From NCBI GenBank assembly GCA_902783315.1, contig CACZQK010000073.1, positions 2,498-66,497 on the forward strand: a stretch of 64,000 nucleotides of DNA, in the 5' to 3' direction. The position numbers and the translations under genes were made by a program. The DNA is from an uncultured Erysipelotrichaceae bacterium (GTDB taxonomy: Bacteria; Bacillota_I; Bacilli_A; RF39; UBA660). Under the pieces are notes generated by a model. The model saw only the letters and a list, made by a program, of their open reading frames with translations, was not told the origin of the DNA and ran no database searches. This document shows positions 50,215 through 59,490 of the stretch, in pieces (the first letter of the stretch is position 1; each line of letters begins with the position of its first letter).

Positions 50215-51555
50215 TTAATTTGCTTTATACTTTTGTTTTGCTGGTAAAAAGAGTCCTTCTATATTATTCTGATATTTCTCAGCTAAAATATATAGCTTAT
50301 TTTTTATATTTTCGTCTGAAATAAAACGATTTAGTGTTTCTAAATCACTTATTGTGGTTTCTGATTCTTCAACTAATTTCATAGCAATATTATAAATACT
50401 TTCTTTATGCTCATAGTATATATCTTCTTTGGTAAGAGTTCGTTGAATGTAGTATAGCAAACACATTTTGATTTCGTTAAAAAGAGTCTTTTCAATCCAA
50501 TATATAAATTTAACATTTGGATATTTTCGTTCCTGCAGTAAACATTTTAAGTATGGAATTATCATATCTTCTGTACCATACCAAGTATCAAGGTAAATGT
50601 AATTATATTGACTTAAATTTTTGCTTTGAAGAAAATCATAGGCATCACATTTTTCTATGCTAACACTAGTATTTTTTGGAAAATATGGTTTAACTTGTTT
50701 TTCAAATAATTTAATTATATCATTATCTTTTTCTAAAATTGTTATATTATTTACACTATCTTTTAAAGCTGCTCTATATGCTGCATATCCAAGACCACAT
50801 CCAGCAATTAATACATTTCCTTCTACACTATTCAAAAAAACTTTTAGTGTATTTATTTCATATGGTTCTGTACTCATATATGCTTGAATTTGTCTACTAT
50901 CAAAAAGTGTTGGAAAGCAAATTCCTACTACGTTTTCTTCTTTTGGACAATATTTGTAGTAATGTAATTGCGGTAAATAAGGATTTGATAACAATCCTAT
51001 TACTTCTTCATCATAAAGTGCTGTTTTCCCAACAAGAATACCTTTTTTCATAGTTACTGGTGCATCAATCGATGGGTGCGGTTTTTTTTCAGTATTACTA
51101 TATATTATTTCAAATTCGGAATAATTCATAAAATTTTCTGTAGAGTTCTTGAGCTTGACATTTTTGTTATAAGGATCATTTTCTAATTGTCTTGTATCTA
51201 AATTTTCCATTTTTATAGAATCGTTAATTTTTTGAAAAATATTATTTTCTTTTGTGGCAATCAACAAGCGGAGTAGAATGTCATTGTTTCCCGTAACAGC
51301 ACCCGTATTTGAATTATTGTTTAATGGATTGAGTAGATATTTAATGCTACCATATTGGCAGTTCTCTATAGATATATTACAGTATTTTTGATATTCTTCC
51401 CATATGGTTTTTATCCAAGACTGAGTATTCATGGATTGTTCTTCTGATTTTTTCACAATATTTGTAGCAAGTTGATGTACAATCAATGCTTCACTGATAT
51501 TTTCTATAACTTCAGTGATTTCTGGACTTTTAGAATCTAGTTCAATTTTTAACAT
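50215..51555 (-). CDS. Protein with a C-terminal spermidine-synthase-like (class I SAM-dependent) fold and an N-terminal domain of unknown function
   Basis: GNVLIAGCGLGYAAYRAALKDSVNNITILEKDNDIIKLF…YNYIYLDTWYG parallels the PABS motifs VLIIGGGDGG…EID and D(V/I)IIxD. Confidence 0.45.
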   Translation of the reverse strand: MLKIELDSKSPEITEVIENISEALIVHQLATNIVKKSEEQSMNTQSWIKTIWEEYQKYCNISIENCQYGSIKYLLNPLNNNSNTGAVTGNNDILLRLLIATKENNIFQKINDSIKMENLDTRQLENDPYNKNVKLKNSTENFMNYSEFEIIYSNTEKKPHPSIDAPVTMKKGILVGKTALYDEEVIGLLSNPYLPQLHYYKYCPKEENVVGICFPTLFDSRQIQAYMSTEPYEINTLKVFLNSVEGNVLIAGCGLGYAAYRAALKDSVNNITILEKDNDIIKLFEKQVKPYFPKNTSVSIEKCDAYDFLQSKNLSQYNYIYLDTWYGTEDMIIPYLKCLLQERKYPNVKFIYWIEKTLFNEIKMCLLYYIQRTLTKEDIYYEHKESIYNIAMKLVEESETTISDLETLNRFISDENIKNKLYILAEKYQNNIEGLFLPAKQKYKAN

Positions 51556-51789
51556 ATATTTTCTCCTTTACTTTGATTGTTAATTTATGAAACAAAAGAA
51601 AAGTATCTCGAATAATATTTTATCTTTGATTATTATGATTGAGCATACTTTATGTCTTATGCAGACTGTTAATCATTTTAAATATTATTTAAGTCTTTTA
51701 ATTCTTTTGTTTAGTCCTTTAGGACTTTCATGTTAACTGTTTTACTAAATGCTATGTATCATATCATGTATTAGGGAAAAATACAACAA

Positions 51790-51822
51790 AAAAATGAAGT
51801 AGATTGTTTTACTTCATTAGGG
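51790..51822 (-). terminator. Rho-independent terminator after xseB
   Basis: Minus strand AATGAAGTA-AAACAATC-TACTTCATT followed by a T-run. Confidence 0.55.
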
Positions 51823-51847
51823 AAATTATGAAATGTTGAGGTGATTA

Positions 51848-52081
51848 TTATTCTTCTACCTGGAAATCTACAACTTCGCCATTTTCTTTGACAACTTTTG
51901 TAATTGCTTCTTCGGCTTTTTTTAACTTATCATCACATATTTTTGATATTTTTATAGCTTCATTAAATTCATTAATTGCATCATCTAATGGTACATCGCC
52001 AGTTTCTAGTTTCTTTACTATTTCTTCTAATTTTTCTAAACTTTCTTCAAAATTTAATTCTTTTTTTGCTTCTTTTGACAT
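51848..52081 (-). CDS. xseB: Exodeoxyribonuclease VII small subunit
   Basis: FEESLEKLEEIVKKLETGDVPLDDAINEFNEAIKISKICDDKLKKAEEAI; 77 aa. Confidence 0.9.
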   Translation of the reverse strand: MSKEAKKELNFEESLEKLEEIVKKLETGDVPLDDAINEFNEAIKISKICDDKLKKAEEAITKVVKENGEVVDFQVEE

Positions 52082-52096
52082 ATAAAATTCTCCTTT

Positions 52097-53350
52097 TTAA
52101 ATTACTTTTGCTTTTATTTCACCATCATAAAATTGAATCTCAAGAATCTGACCTTTTTTAGCTTTTTTACAACTATTAATTACTTTATTATCTGTTTTTG
52201 TTATTGCATAGCCTCTTTTTAATGTTAATAGTGGATTTAGTGGTTCTAATTTAGATATTACTTGGAGATATTTAGTGCTTTTTTTATCTAATAATTGATA
52301 TGGTTTTTGTAATACATATGAACCTTTTAATCGAAGAAGTTCTTTTTCTTTTATATGCTTTAAATTGATAAGACCATATCTTAATCTTTCAAACAAATTA
52401 TCAAAAATCATTTCTTTTGTTTGATAGATAGTTGCTGGATTTTTGAAAATATTTCTGTTTTGAAAATTTTCTAGTTTGGTGCGATTTCTTTTTATCTGAT
52501 TTTTAATTGTTTGATATAAACGAATATCAATATTTTTTAAGTAAGCTAGAACATCGTTTAATTGTGGAACTGACATTTCTGCAGCCCCGGTTGGGGTTGG
52601 AGCTCTTAAATCGGCAACAAAATCAGAAATTGTAAAATCAATTTCATGTCCTACAGCACTAATAACCGGTGTTTGGCAGTTGTAAATTGCTCTAGCCACT
52701 ATTTCTTCGTTAAAGGCCCATAAATCTTCAATCGAACCGCCACCACGGCCTACGATCAAGGTGTCCAACCCAAAATTATCTGCTCTTTTTATCTGTTTTA
52801 CAATATCTTCCTTGGCGTTTTCTCCTTGTACTAATGCTGGAAATAGATAGATTTCGGTTAAAGGCCAACGCCTTTTTATTGTAGAAACAATATCTTTAAT
52901 TGCTGCTCCAGTTGGAGCTGTTACAACACCTATTTTAGAGGGGATTTTTTTTATTGCTTTCTTTTTTTCTTTAACAAATAATCCTTCATCTTCTAACTTC
53001 TTTTTTAATTGTTCATAAGCAATATACAGATTTCCTACGCCATCTTCTATCATATCATTGATGTAAATTTGATAACCACCATTAGCTTCAAAAACACTTA
53101 TTTTCCCAGTCACTAGCACTTTCATACCATCTTGAGGTAAAAATTTTATCTTCTTTGTATTTGAAGAAAACATAATTGCATTAATTCTGCTGCCTTCATC
53201 TTTTAAAGTAAAATAATAGTGACCTCTACTATGAGCTTTAAAATTTGATATTTCTCCCTTTAAAAATACTTCGTTTAAATGGATGTCATTATCAATTTTA
53301 TACTTAATATAGCGCGTTAGTTGGGTAACTGTTATGTATTTATCATTCAA
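52097..53350 (-). CDS. xseA: Exodeoxyribonuclease VII large subunit
   Basis: N-terminal OB-fold (VTQLTRYIKYKIDND…LKGEISNF), catalytic core GVVTAPTGAAIKDI…IVGRGGGSIEDLWAFNEE. Confidence 0.9.
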   Translation of the reverse strand: MNDKYITVTQLTRYIKYKIDNDIHLNEVFLKGEISNFKAHSRGHYYFTLKDEGSRINAIMFSSNTKKIKFLPQDGMKVLVTGKISVFEANGGYQIYINDMIEDGVGNLYIAYEQLKKKLEDEGLFVKEKKKAIKKIPSKIGVVTAPTGAAIKDIVSTIKRRWPLTEIYLFPALVQGENAKEDIVKQIKRADNFGLDTLIVGRGGGSIEDLWAFNEEIVARAIYNCQTPVISAVGHEIDFTISDFVADLRAPTPTGAAEMSVPQLNDVLAYLKNIDIRLYQTIKNQIKRNRTKLENFQNRNIFKNPATIYQTKEMIFDNLFERLRYGLINLKHIKEKELLRLKGSYVLQKPYQLLDKKSTKYLQVISKLEPLNPLLTLKRGYAITKTDNKVINSCKKAKKGQILEIQFYDGEIKAKVI

Positions 53351-53371
53351 TTATATCACTCCTATAGCAAT

Positions 53372-53782
53372 TTATTTGTCTTCATCATGATATATTTTAT
53401 CCAATACACCATTAATCATCTTAGTAACTGATTCATCACTATATTTTTTTGATAATTCAATAGCTTCATTGATTGCTACTACAGAAGGGGTATCTGTATA
53501 TAATAATTCATAGATTCCTAATGAAAGAATTGCTTGATCGACTTTATTTAAACGATTCATTGTCCAATCTTTTAAGTACTTATTGGCATATTTTACAATA
53601 TCTTCTTGATGTTTTATAACACCGTCAATACTTTCCTTAACAAATTTATTTTCTACTTCTATTTGTTCTTTTATAAGGTCTTCAATATTATATTCTAATT
53701 TGGCATCATTTAAAATATTTACTTGATATAGTATATGCATTATAATTTCTCTTAATTCGCTTCTTGTTTTCACACTTATCAC
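53372..53782 (-). CDS. nusB: Transcription antitermination factor NusB
   Basis: 136 aa, MISVKTRSELREIIMHILYQV… all-helical NusB pattern; conserved nusB-xseA-xseB arrangement. Confidence 0.8.
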   Translation of the reverse strand: MISVKTRSELREIIMHILYQVNILNDAKLEYNIEDLIKEQIEVENKFVKESIDGVIKHQEDIVKYANKYLKDWTMNRLNKVDQAILSLGIYELLYTDTPSVVAINEAIELSKKYSDESVTKMINGVLDKIYHDEDK

Positions 53783-53888
53783 CTACCTTATTTTAATATA
53801 TATTTTATATTTATATTCTTATTTTAAAAAGTATATAACATTTTTGTATTTTAATCAATTAGCATTATCAAATAGTTTTACTGATATT

Positions 53889-54431
53889 TCAATATTTAAC
53901 CTTTTTTAGAACGGCTTTTACCTCTCTCATAGAAATATCATCCCCATTATTTAAGCCAATACCAAGTGATTTAAGGGTTTGTTCTTGGCTCAAAATTAAT
54001 TCACTTTTTTCCATATCATTTGCTATTTTTAGAGTATTCAAAAAATTTGTAAAGCCCTTACATGTTATTACAAAAGGTGGAATAGCAGGAATAATCATTT
54101 CTAGTTGAGCAGAGGGAACCATTAACTTAATTATAAATGGTGTTCCTATTGTTGCTCCAGTAAAGAAAATTGTTGCACATAGATATCCAAGATATGTTGC
54201 TTTCCAAAATCGTTTATAATCACTGTTAGAGATTCCTTTAACTTGGTTTATCATTATCTTATTTAGTTTTTCTATATCTTCTTCACTATATGGTATCCTT
54301 TTTGTAGAATTATCAGCCTGTTTTATTATGATTTCTTTTCCGTTTCTTGTAATATCATATCTTGATACAAAGTCTTGTTTACGATGACCTGATTTATAAT
54401 AGTATTCCATAAATTTCTCCTTCCGATTCAT
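53889..54431 (-). CDS. Membrane protein, hypothetical
   Basis: 180-aa ORF with two central TM helices. Confidence 0.45.
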   Translation of the reverse strand: MNRKEKFMEYYYKSGHRKQDFVSRYDITRNGKEIIIKQADNSTKRIPYSEEDIEKLNKIMINQVKGISNSDYKRFWKATYLGYLCATIFFTGATIGTPFIIKLMVPSAQLEMIIPAIPPFVITCKGFTNFLNTLKIANDMEKSELILSQEQTLKSLGIGLNNGDDISMREVKAVLKKVKY

Positions 54432-54481
54432 TATTACATATTTGATATTATATCATTTGCGTTTTTGTTTTCAAACAATTA

Positions 54482-57061
54482 TTAATTATTTTTATCTTGA
54501 TTAATACTTTTTAATTCTTTTTTTAAATCATATAAATAATTTAGTGCTTCCATTGGTGTCATTTCTAGTGGGTTTATTTCTTTTATCTTTTCTTCGATTG
54601 GATTTACTTTAGGTGTAGAGTCATTCTCATTCCATTCAAAAAGACTGGTTTGAGTAAATGTTTCTTTTTTGATATTTTTCTTTTCATAAACGTCCAGGAT
54701 ATCCCTTGCTCTTTCAATTAGACTATTTGGTAGATGAGCTAGAGATGCTACATGGATACCATAACTTTTGTCTACTGCTCCATTTTTTACTTTATGAAGA
54801 AATGTTACTTTACCATTTTCTTCTAAAGCCGATACATGAACATTTTTCAGTTTTTTTAAATCTTTTTCTAAAGCAGTTAACTCATGATAATGTGTTGAAA
54901 ACATTGTTTTAGCATGTATTGTATCATGAATATATTCTAAAATAGCTTGAGCAAGACTCATACCATCATAGGTAGCAGTACCCCTCCCTAATTCATCAAA
55001 AAGAATTAGGCTTTTTTCTGTAGCACTGCTAATAGCACGATTTGCTTCTTTCATTTCAATCATAAAAGTTGATTCTCCACTTACTAAATCATCGCTAGCG
55101 CCAATTCGGGTAAAGATTTTATCGAAGATTGGCAATGTAGCACTTTTACAAGGTACAAAGCATCCCATTTGAGCCATAATAATTGTAATAGCACATTGTC
55201 TCATATAAGTTGATTTTCCAGCCATGTTTGGACCTGTAATGAGTAAAATATTGGTTGTTTTATCCATTATGATATCATTGGGAATATATTTTTCTTTCAT
55301 TACTTGCTCTACAACCGGATGTCGACATTCTACTAATTTTAAAACGGATTCAGTTGTGATTTCTGGTCTTGTAAATTTATAAAGATCTGATGTGATTGAG
55401 AATGATTGTAGCATGTCTATCTCGCTAATTATTTTAGCTACTTTTTGTAAATCAGAAACATATCGTTTTATAACTTCACGAATATCCATAAAAATTTTAT
55501 ATTCTAAGGATATTATTTTTTCTTCGGCACCTAAAATAATATTTTCTTTTTCTTTTAATAGAGGTGTAATAAATCGCTCACAATTTGCTAATGTTTGCTT
55601 TCTTTCATATTTATATTCTTCTTTTACTAATCCAACTTGTCCTTTTGAAACTTCAATATAATATCCAAATACTTTATTAAAACCTACTTTTAAATTTTTT
55701 ATTCCTGTCTTTTCTTTTTCTTCTTTCTCTAGTGATAAAATAAAGTCTTTAGAACCACTTCTAATTTTTTTTAGTTCATCTAATTCTTGGTTATATCCTT
55801 CTTTAATTAAATGTCCTTCGTGTAAAGTAAATGGTGCATCTTCTAAGATTGTACGGTCTAGCAAGGAATATAGTTCTTCAAATGTCTCTATTTTTTTATC
55901 ATAATGAAGCTCTTCTAAGATATTTTTTATTGTTGGCAATTCTTTTAAAGAGCTTTTTAGTTGTAATAAATCTTTGGCATTTAAATTCCCATAAGTAATT
56001 CTTCCAACTAATCTTTCTAAATCATATACGTTTTCTAGACACTTAATTAAGTCATCTCTTAGAATAAACTCTGTACTAAGAAGTGATACCATATCATAAC
56101 GTCTTTCGATTTCTTTTTTGTTTGTTAATGGGTTTAGAATACTATTTTTTAGATAACGGCTCCCCATGGCTGTCTTACATTTGTCTAAAAGCCATAATAA
56201 GGAATATTGTCTTTCTCGATTACGGAGTGTTTCTACCAATTCTAAGTTCTTTTTTGTATTAATATCAAATTCTAGATACATGGAACTTTTGATAATTTTG
56301 CAAGACTGAAGATGATGAAGATTCCCTTTTTTAGTTTCTATTATATAGTACAATAAATGTTGAAGAGTTTTCACTATTCTTGTATCTTCAATATCTTTAT
56401 AAATGTATGAGTATTCCGTGCTTTCTAATAGATCTTTTTCAATAGAGACTAAAATATCATATTTTTTTCTGAGAGTATCTACTATTTCTCTATCAATCGT
56501 TTCATTAACCAGAACTTCTTTGAATCCATTTCTTGTTATTTCTTGAATAACATTGTCTTGTTCTCCTTCTACTAAAATTGCATATACTTCTCCTGTTGAA
56601 ACATCTGCATAGCTAATTCCGTAGCAATAGGAAAAATCATAAATATTGGCAATGTAATTATTGCTTTTTGAATCTAAGTTAGAATCTAATCTAGTCCCTT
56701 TTGTAATTACTTGAACGACATCTCTTTTAACCATGCCCTTTGTTTCTTTAGGGTCTTCTAATTGCTCACAAATGGCTACTTTATATCCTTTATCTATCAA
56801 TTCATCAACGTAAGAGGCATAAGCATGATGTGGAATGCCACACATCGGTACTTTTTCTTCTAAGCCAGCTTGTTTTCCAGTTAGAGTAAGTTCTAATATT
56901 CTAGAAGTTAAAATTGCATCATCAAAAAACATCTCGTAAAAGTCTCCAAGTCTAAAAAATATGATGCAGTCTTCATATTTATCTTTTATGTCCATATATT
57001 GTTGCATCATAGGACTAAGTTTGTTACGGTCTACTTCACTTCTTTTCACGTTTATCACCAA
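54482..57061 (-). CDS. mutS: DNA mismatch repair protein MutS
   Basis: Mismatch-binding N-terminus (…YEDCIIFFRLGDFYEMFFDDA…), Walker A ITGPNMAGKSTYMRQ, STFMIEM, dimerisation HTH region. Confidence 0.95.
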   Translation of the reverse strand: MVINVKRSEVDRNKLSPMMQQYMDIKDKYEDCIIFFRLGDFYEMFFDDAILTSRILELTLTGKQAGLEEKVPMCGIPHHAYASYVDELIDKGYKVAICEQLEDPKETKGMVKRDVVQVITKGTRLDSNLDSKSNNYIANIYDFSYCYGISYADVSTGEVYAILVEGEQDNVIQEITRNGFKEVLVNETIDREIVDTLRKKYDILVSIEKDLLESTEYSYIYKDIEDTRIVKTLQHLLYYIIETKKGNLHHLQSCKIIKSSMYLEFDINTKKNLELVETLRNRERQYSLLWLLDKCKTAMGSRYLKNSILNPLTNKKEIERRYDMVSLLSTEFILRDDLIKCLENVYDLERLVGRITYGNLNAKDLLQLKSSLKELPTIKNILEELHYDKKIETFEELYSLLDRTILEDAPFTLHEGHLIKEGYNQELDELKKIRSGSKDFILSLEKEEKEKTGIKNLKVGFNKVFGYYIEVSKGQVGLVKEEYKYERKQTLANCERFITPLLKEKENIILGAEEKIISLEYKIFMDIREVIKRYVSDLQKVAKIISEIDMLQSFSITSDLYKFTRPEITTESVLKLVECRHPVVEQVMKEKYIPNDIIMDKTTNILLITGPNMAGKSTYMRQCAITIIMAQMGCFVPCKSATLPIFDKIFTRIGASDDLVSGESTFMIEMKEANRAISSATEKSLILFDELGRGTATYDGMSLAQAILEYIHDTIHAKTMFSTHYHELTALEKDLKKLKNVHVSALEENGKVTFLHKVKNGAVDKSYGIHVASLAHLPNSLIERARDILDVYEKKNIKKETFTQTSLFEWNENDSTPKVNPIEEKIKEINPLEMTPMEALNYLYDLKKELKSINQDKNN

Positions 57062-57102
57062 GATATATTATACAGAATTTTCTTTATAAAAAAAAGATAG
57101 AA

Positions 57103-57234
57103 TCATTTTTTTGTTGATTCTATTTTATTTTCTTCATCATAACTATCATATTCATCACATTCATGGGCTACTCTTAGAGAACAATAAATAAATAAGATGA
57201 AAAAGCAAAGTGCAGATATTAAAAATAGTTTCAT
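57103..57234 (-). CDS. Putative 43-aa small membrane protein (MKLFLISALCFFILFIYCSLRVAHECDEYDSYDEENKIESTKK)
   Basis: Minus-strand ATG after GAAAGGGAGAG; N-terminal TM plus acidic tail; immediately upstream of mutS; below the track size cutoff. Confidence 0.3.
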   Translation of the reverse strand: MKLFLISALCFFILFIYCSLRVAHECDEYDSYDEENKIESTKK

Positions 57235-58132
57235 AAACTCTCCCTTTCTCCCAATGAATGTTGTTTTATCATATTTTTTATTATATGTAAAACTTAGAAT
57301 TTTATTAATTTAGTCACTATTTTTTATGAATTTTTGTTTTTCATTTAAAGGAAAAATTGCTATTGCAAAGAAAATGTTTGTTAAAATACTATTTTTACTA
57401 TATTTTGTGTATATAGAAAAAGGAAATACACTTAATCTTAACTTATTAAAGTATTTCCTTCATGTTTTAATTATAACACATTTTCTTATCGTTGTCAAAA
57501 AGTAGTAACGTGAATAGCATGTAATTGGTTAGAAAACTTACTATCAATGGTATATTAAATTAGTTTTCTCTTTTACAAATGTATAACAATTTATATACTT
57601 TAATTATAAAGTCTTGTTAATTGATTAATTAAAATGCCATTTTAATGGTAATAGTAGTAAAATATTTTACCAATTCAATATTCATGTTTTATTACTTTAT
57701 ATTCGTCAATTTCTATCAATATAAAAGATATTATATTAATAATAATTAAGTTTTATATTATTAAATAATTGTTGTCCCACTGTTTATAGATCTTACTTGT
57801 CCTGTGGTACTAGTATCTTCTGCAAGCTATAATACACATTTTGCAATGTCGTTTGGTTCCGTAATTTTGTGTGGGGGTTTTTCTTTTTTTATGCTTTCTT
57901 ATTCATTATCAGTTAAGTCTTTATTTAGGTCTGTGTTCATTCCCCCCGGGAGCAATAGAATTAGTTCTAATGTTTTCTTTTCTAAGGGCTTTGTAGTTGC
58001 TTATCTTAATAATAATACTTGCTTTTTTATTATATTTGATACTTTTTAATTCTAATATTCAATGAATTGTTCTATATAAAAAACTACTACTTTGTATTAA
58101 TGTTATGAATACTTTAATTCATTATGCTTTTT

Positions 58133-59128
58133 TTACCAACCTGTCCATGAAAAATGCATGTAATCTTTTGCAGAATTCCAATCACCACCCCAATAAAATC
58201 CCTGTTTGGCAAAGGCTTTAACTACATCTTCATTAACAACGTAAGGGTTGTTTCCGTCATCTTTTGGGTTTGGTCCTGAATCTACCATAGGATTATCATC
58301 ATAGTTTATATCAATTGTTCCACCATAAGCGTGATCAGATAATCTACTGCCACTTACTGTACTTCTATATTCGTATGCATCTGTATTATTTGGTTTTATT
58401 GGATATTTCATATCAGTAAGTTCTCTAAACACATTTTGATAGTTTTGTTCTAAGTTTATATTTACTTTTATTTTCATTTTATCTTCTTTTTCTCCATCCC
58501 AGTATGGAACCTCAATGTAATCCATATTACTGCTATCTTCTCCACCAATTGCATTAATTCTTCGGCTGCGTTCATCTTTATCTACTCGGGAATGTGCCTC
58601 AATTGCTGAAGAGGAGGCCAATACAGATGCTGTTCCTCCTGTGCTTTGGAAACTTCCAACTGCAGATACAGAACTGCTACTAGATGAGGCAGTTAACTTA
58701 ACAGACGAAGCACTTTGCAAGTTTGCTTCAATTTGAACTTTTTTTTCTTCCATTATTCTGGTATATTTATCGATTTCAGTTTTAGCTTGATTCATATCAC
58801 TTTTAGCTCTACTCATACCAGCAGAGTCATTACAGTTGGCAGCACGATTATAATAGTCAGTAGCTTTTCCATAATTATCTTGGGCAATTTTCAAATTATC
58901 TTTTGCATTCTTATATTCCAAATATAAATCACAAGCGGTAGCAAATGCGTTCATACAACTTTCTAATGCACTTTTATATTCTGAAACAAATTCTTCTGCT
59001 TTTGGAGAAAAAGAATCATAAGAAGGGCCTTGCCAAGATCCAGCTAAACTCCCTGTTTCTGAACTATAATTTGACAAACTAGAACTAATAGAACTTAAAT
59101 CACTATGAACTGTACCACTACTTACCAT
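58133..59128 (-). CDS. Two-domain protein: N-terminal WXG100/LXG-like helical region, Ser-rich linker, C-terminal peptidase M15 (VanY-like zinc D,D-/L,D-peptidase) domain
   Basis: N-terminus …SLAGSWQGPSYDSFSPKAEEFVSEYK… (W-x-G between two predicted helices, no signal peptide). C-terminal M15 motifs SDHAYGGTIDIN (SxHxxGxAxD) and GFYWGGDWNSAKDYMHFSW (D/ExxH). Confidence 0.7.
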   Translation of the reverse strand: MVSSGTVHSDLSSISSSLSNYSSETGSLAGSWQGPSYDSFSPKAEEFVSEYKSALESCMNAFATACDLYLEYKNAKDNLKIAQDNYGKATDYYNRAANCNDSAGMSRAKSDMNQAKTEIDKYTRIMEEKKVQIEANLQSASSVKLTASSSSSSVSAVGSFQSTGGTASVLASSSAIEAHSRVDKDERSRRINAIGGEDSSNMDYIEVPYWDGEKEDKMKIKVNINLEQNYQNVFRELTDMKYPIKPNNTDAYEYRSTVSGSRLSDHAYGGTIDINYDDNPMVDSGPNPKDDGNNPYVVNEDVVKAFAKQGFYWGGDWNSAKDYMHFSWTGW

Positions 59129-59456
59129 TAAATCACCACTTTCTTAACAATTTTCGATTTTTCTAACATAATAGCCATAGTAAATGAGGTTTATCTGTAC
59201 CTCTTTGTTTCTTTTAATCTCTATTATGATTATAAATAAATCCTACCACACAAAACAACAAATGTCCATCCTATTTCCGCAAGTGTTAATTTTTTTGACT
59301 GTAACTTATGGGTAAAAAATACTAGATAGTTTGATATTTTTTGTTCACTTGTTTTTTATTATCTATTTTATAATGAAATTGTATTTTGTAAATAAGTTAA
59401 ATTTAAAGCTATCATAAGTAAAGAATTCTATTTTGTTTTAAACAATTTTAAAAATG

Positions 59457-59476
59457 ATAGAATACTCTATCATTTT
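59457..59476 (-). terminator. Hairpin immediately after the giant surface-protein gene (weak terminator)
   Basis: ATGATAGA-ATAC-TCTATCAT perfect 8-bp inverted repeat followed by TTTTAAAATT on the minus strand. Confidence 0.35.
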
Positions 59477-59490
59477 TATATGATGAAATC

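Noticed and set aside
57804-58049. 81-aa ORF in the mutS-M15 intergenic gap
   Set aside because: No RBS, Ser/Phe-rich low-complexity product, in an AT-rich noncoding stretch.
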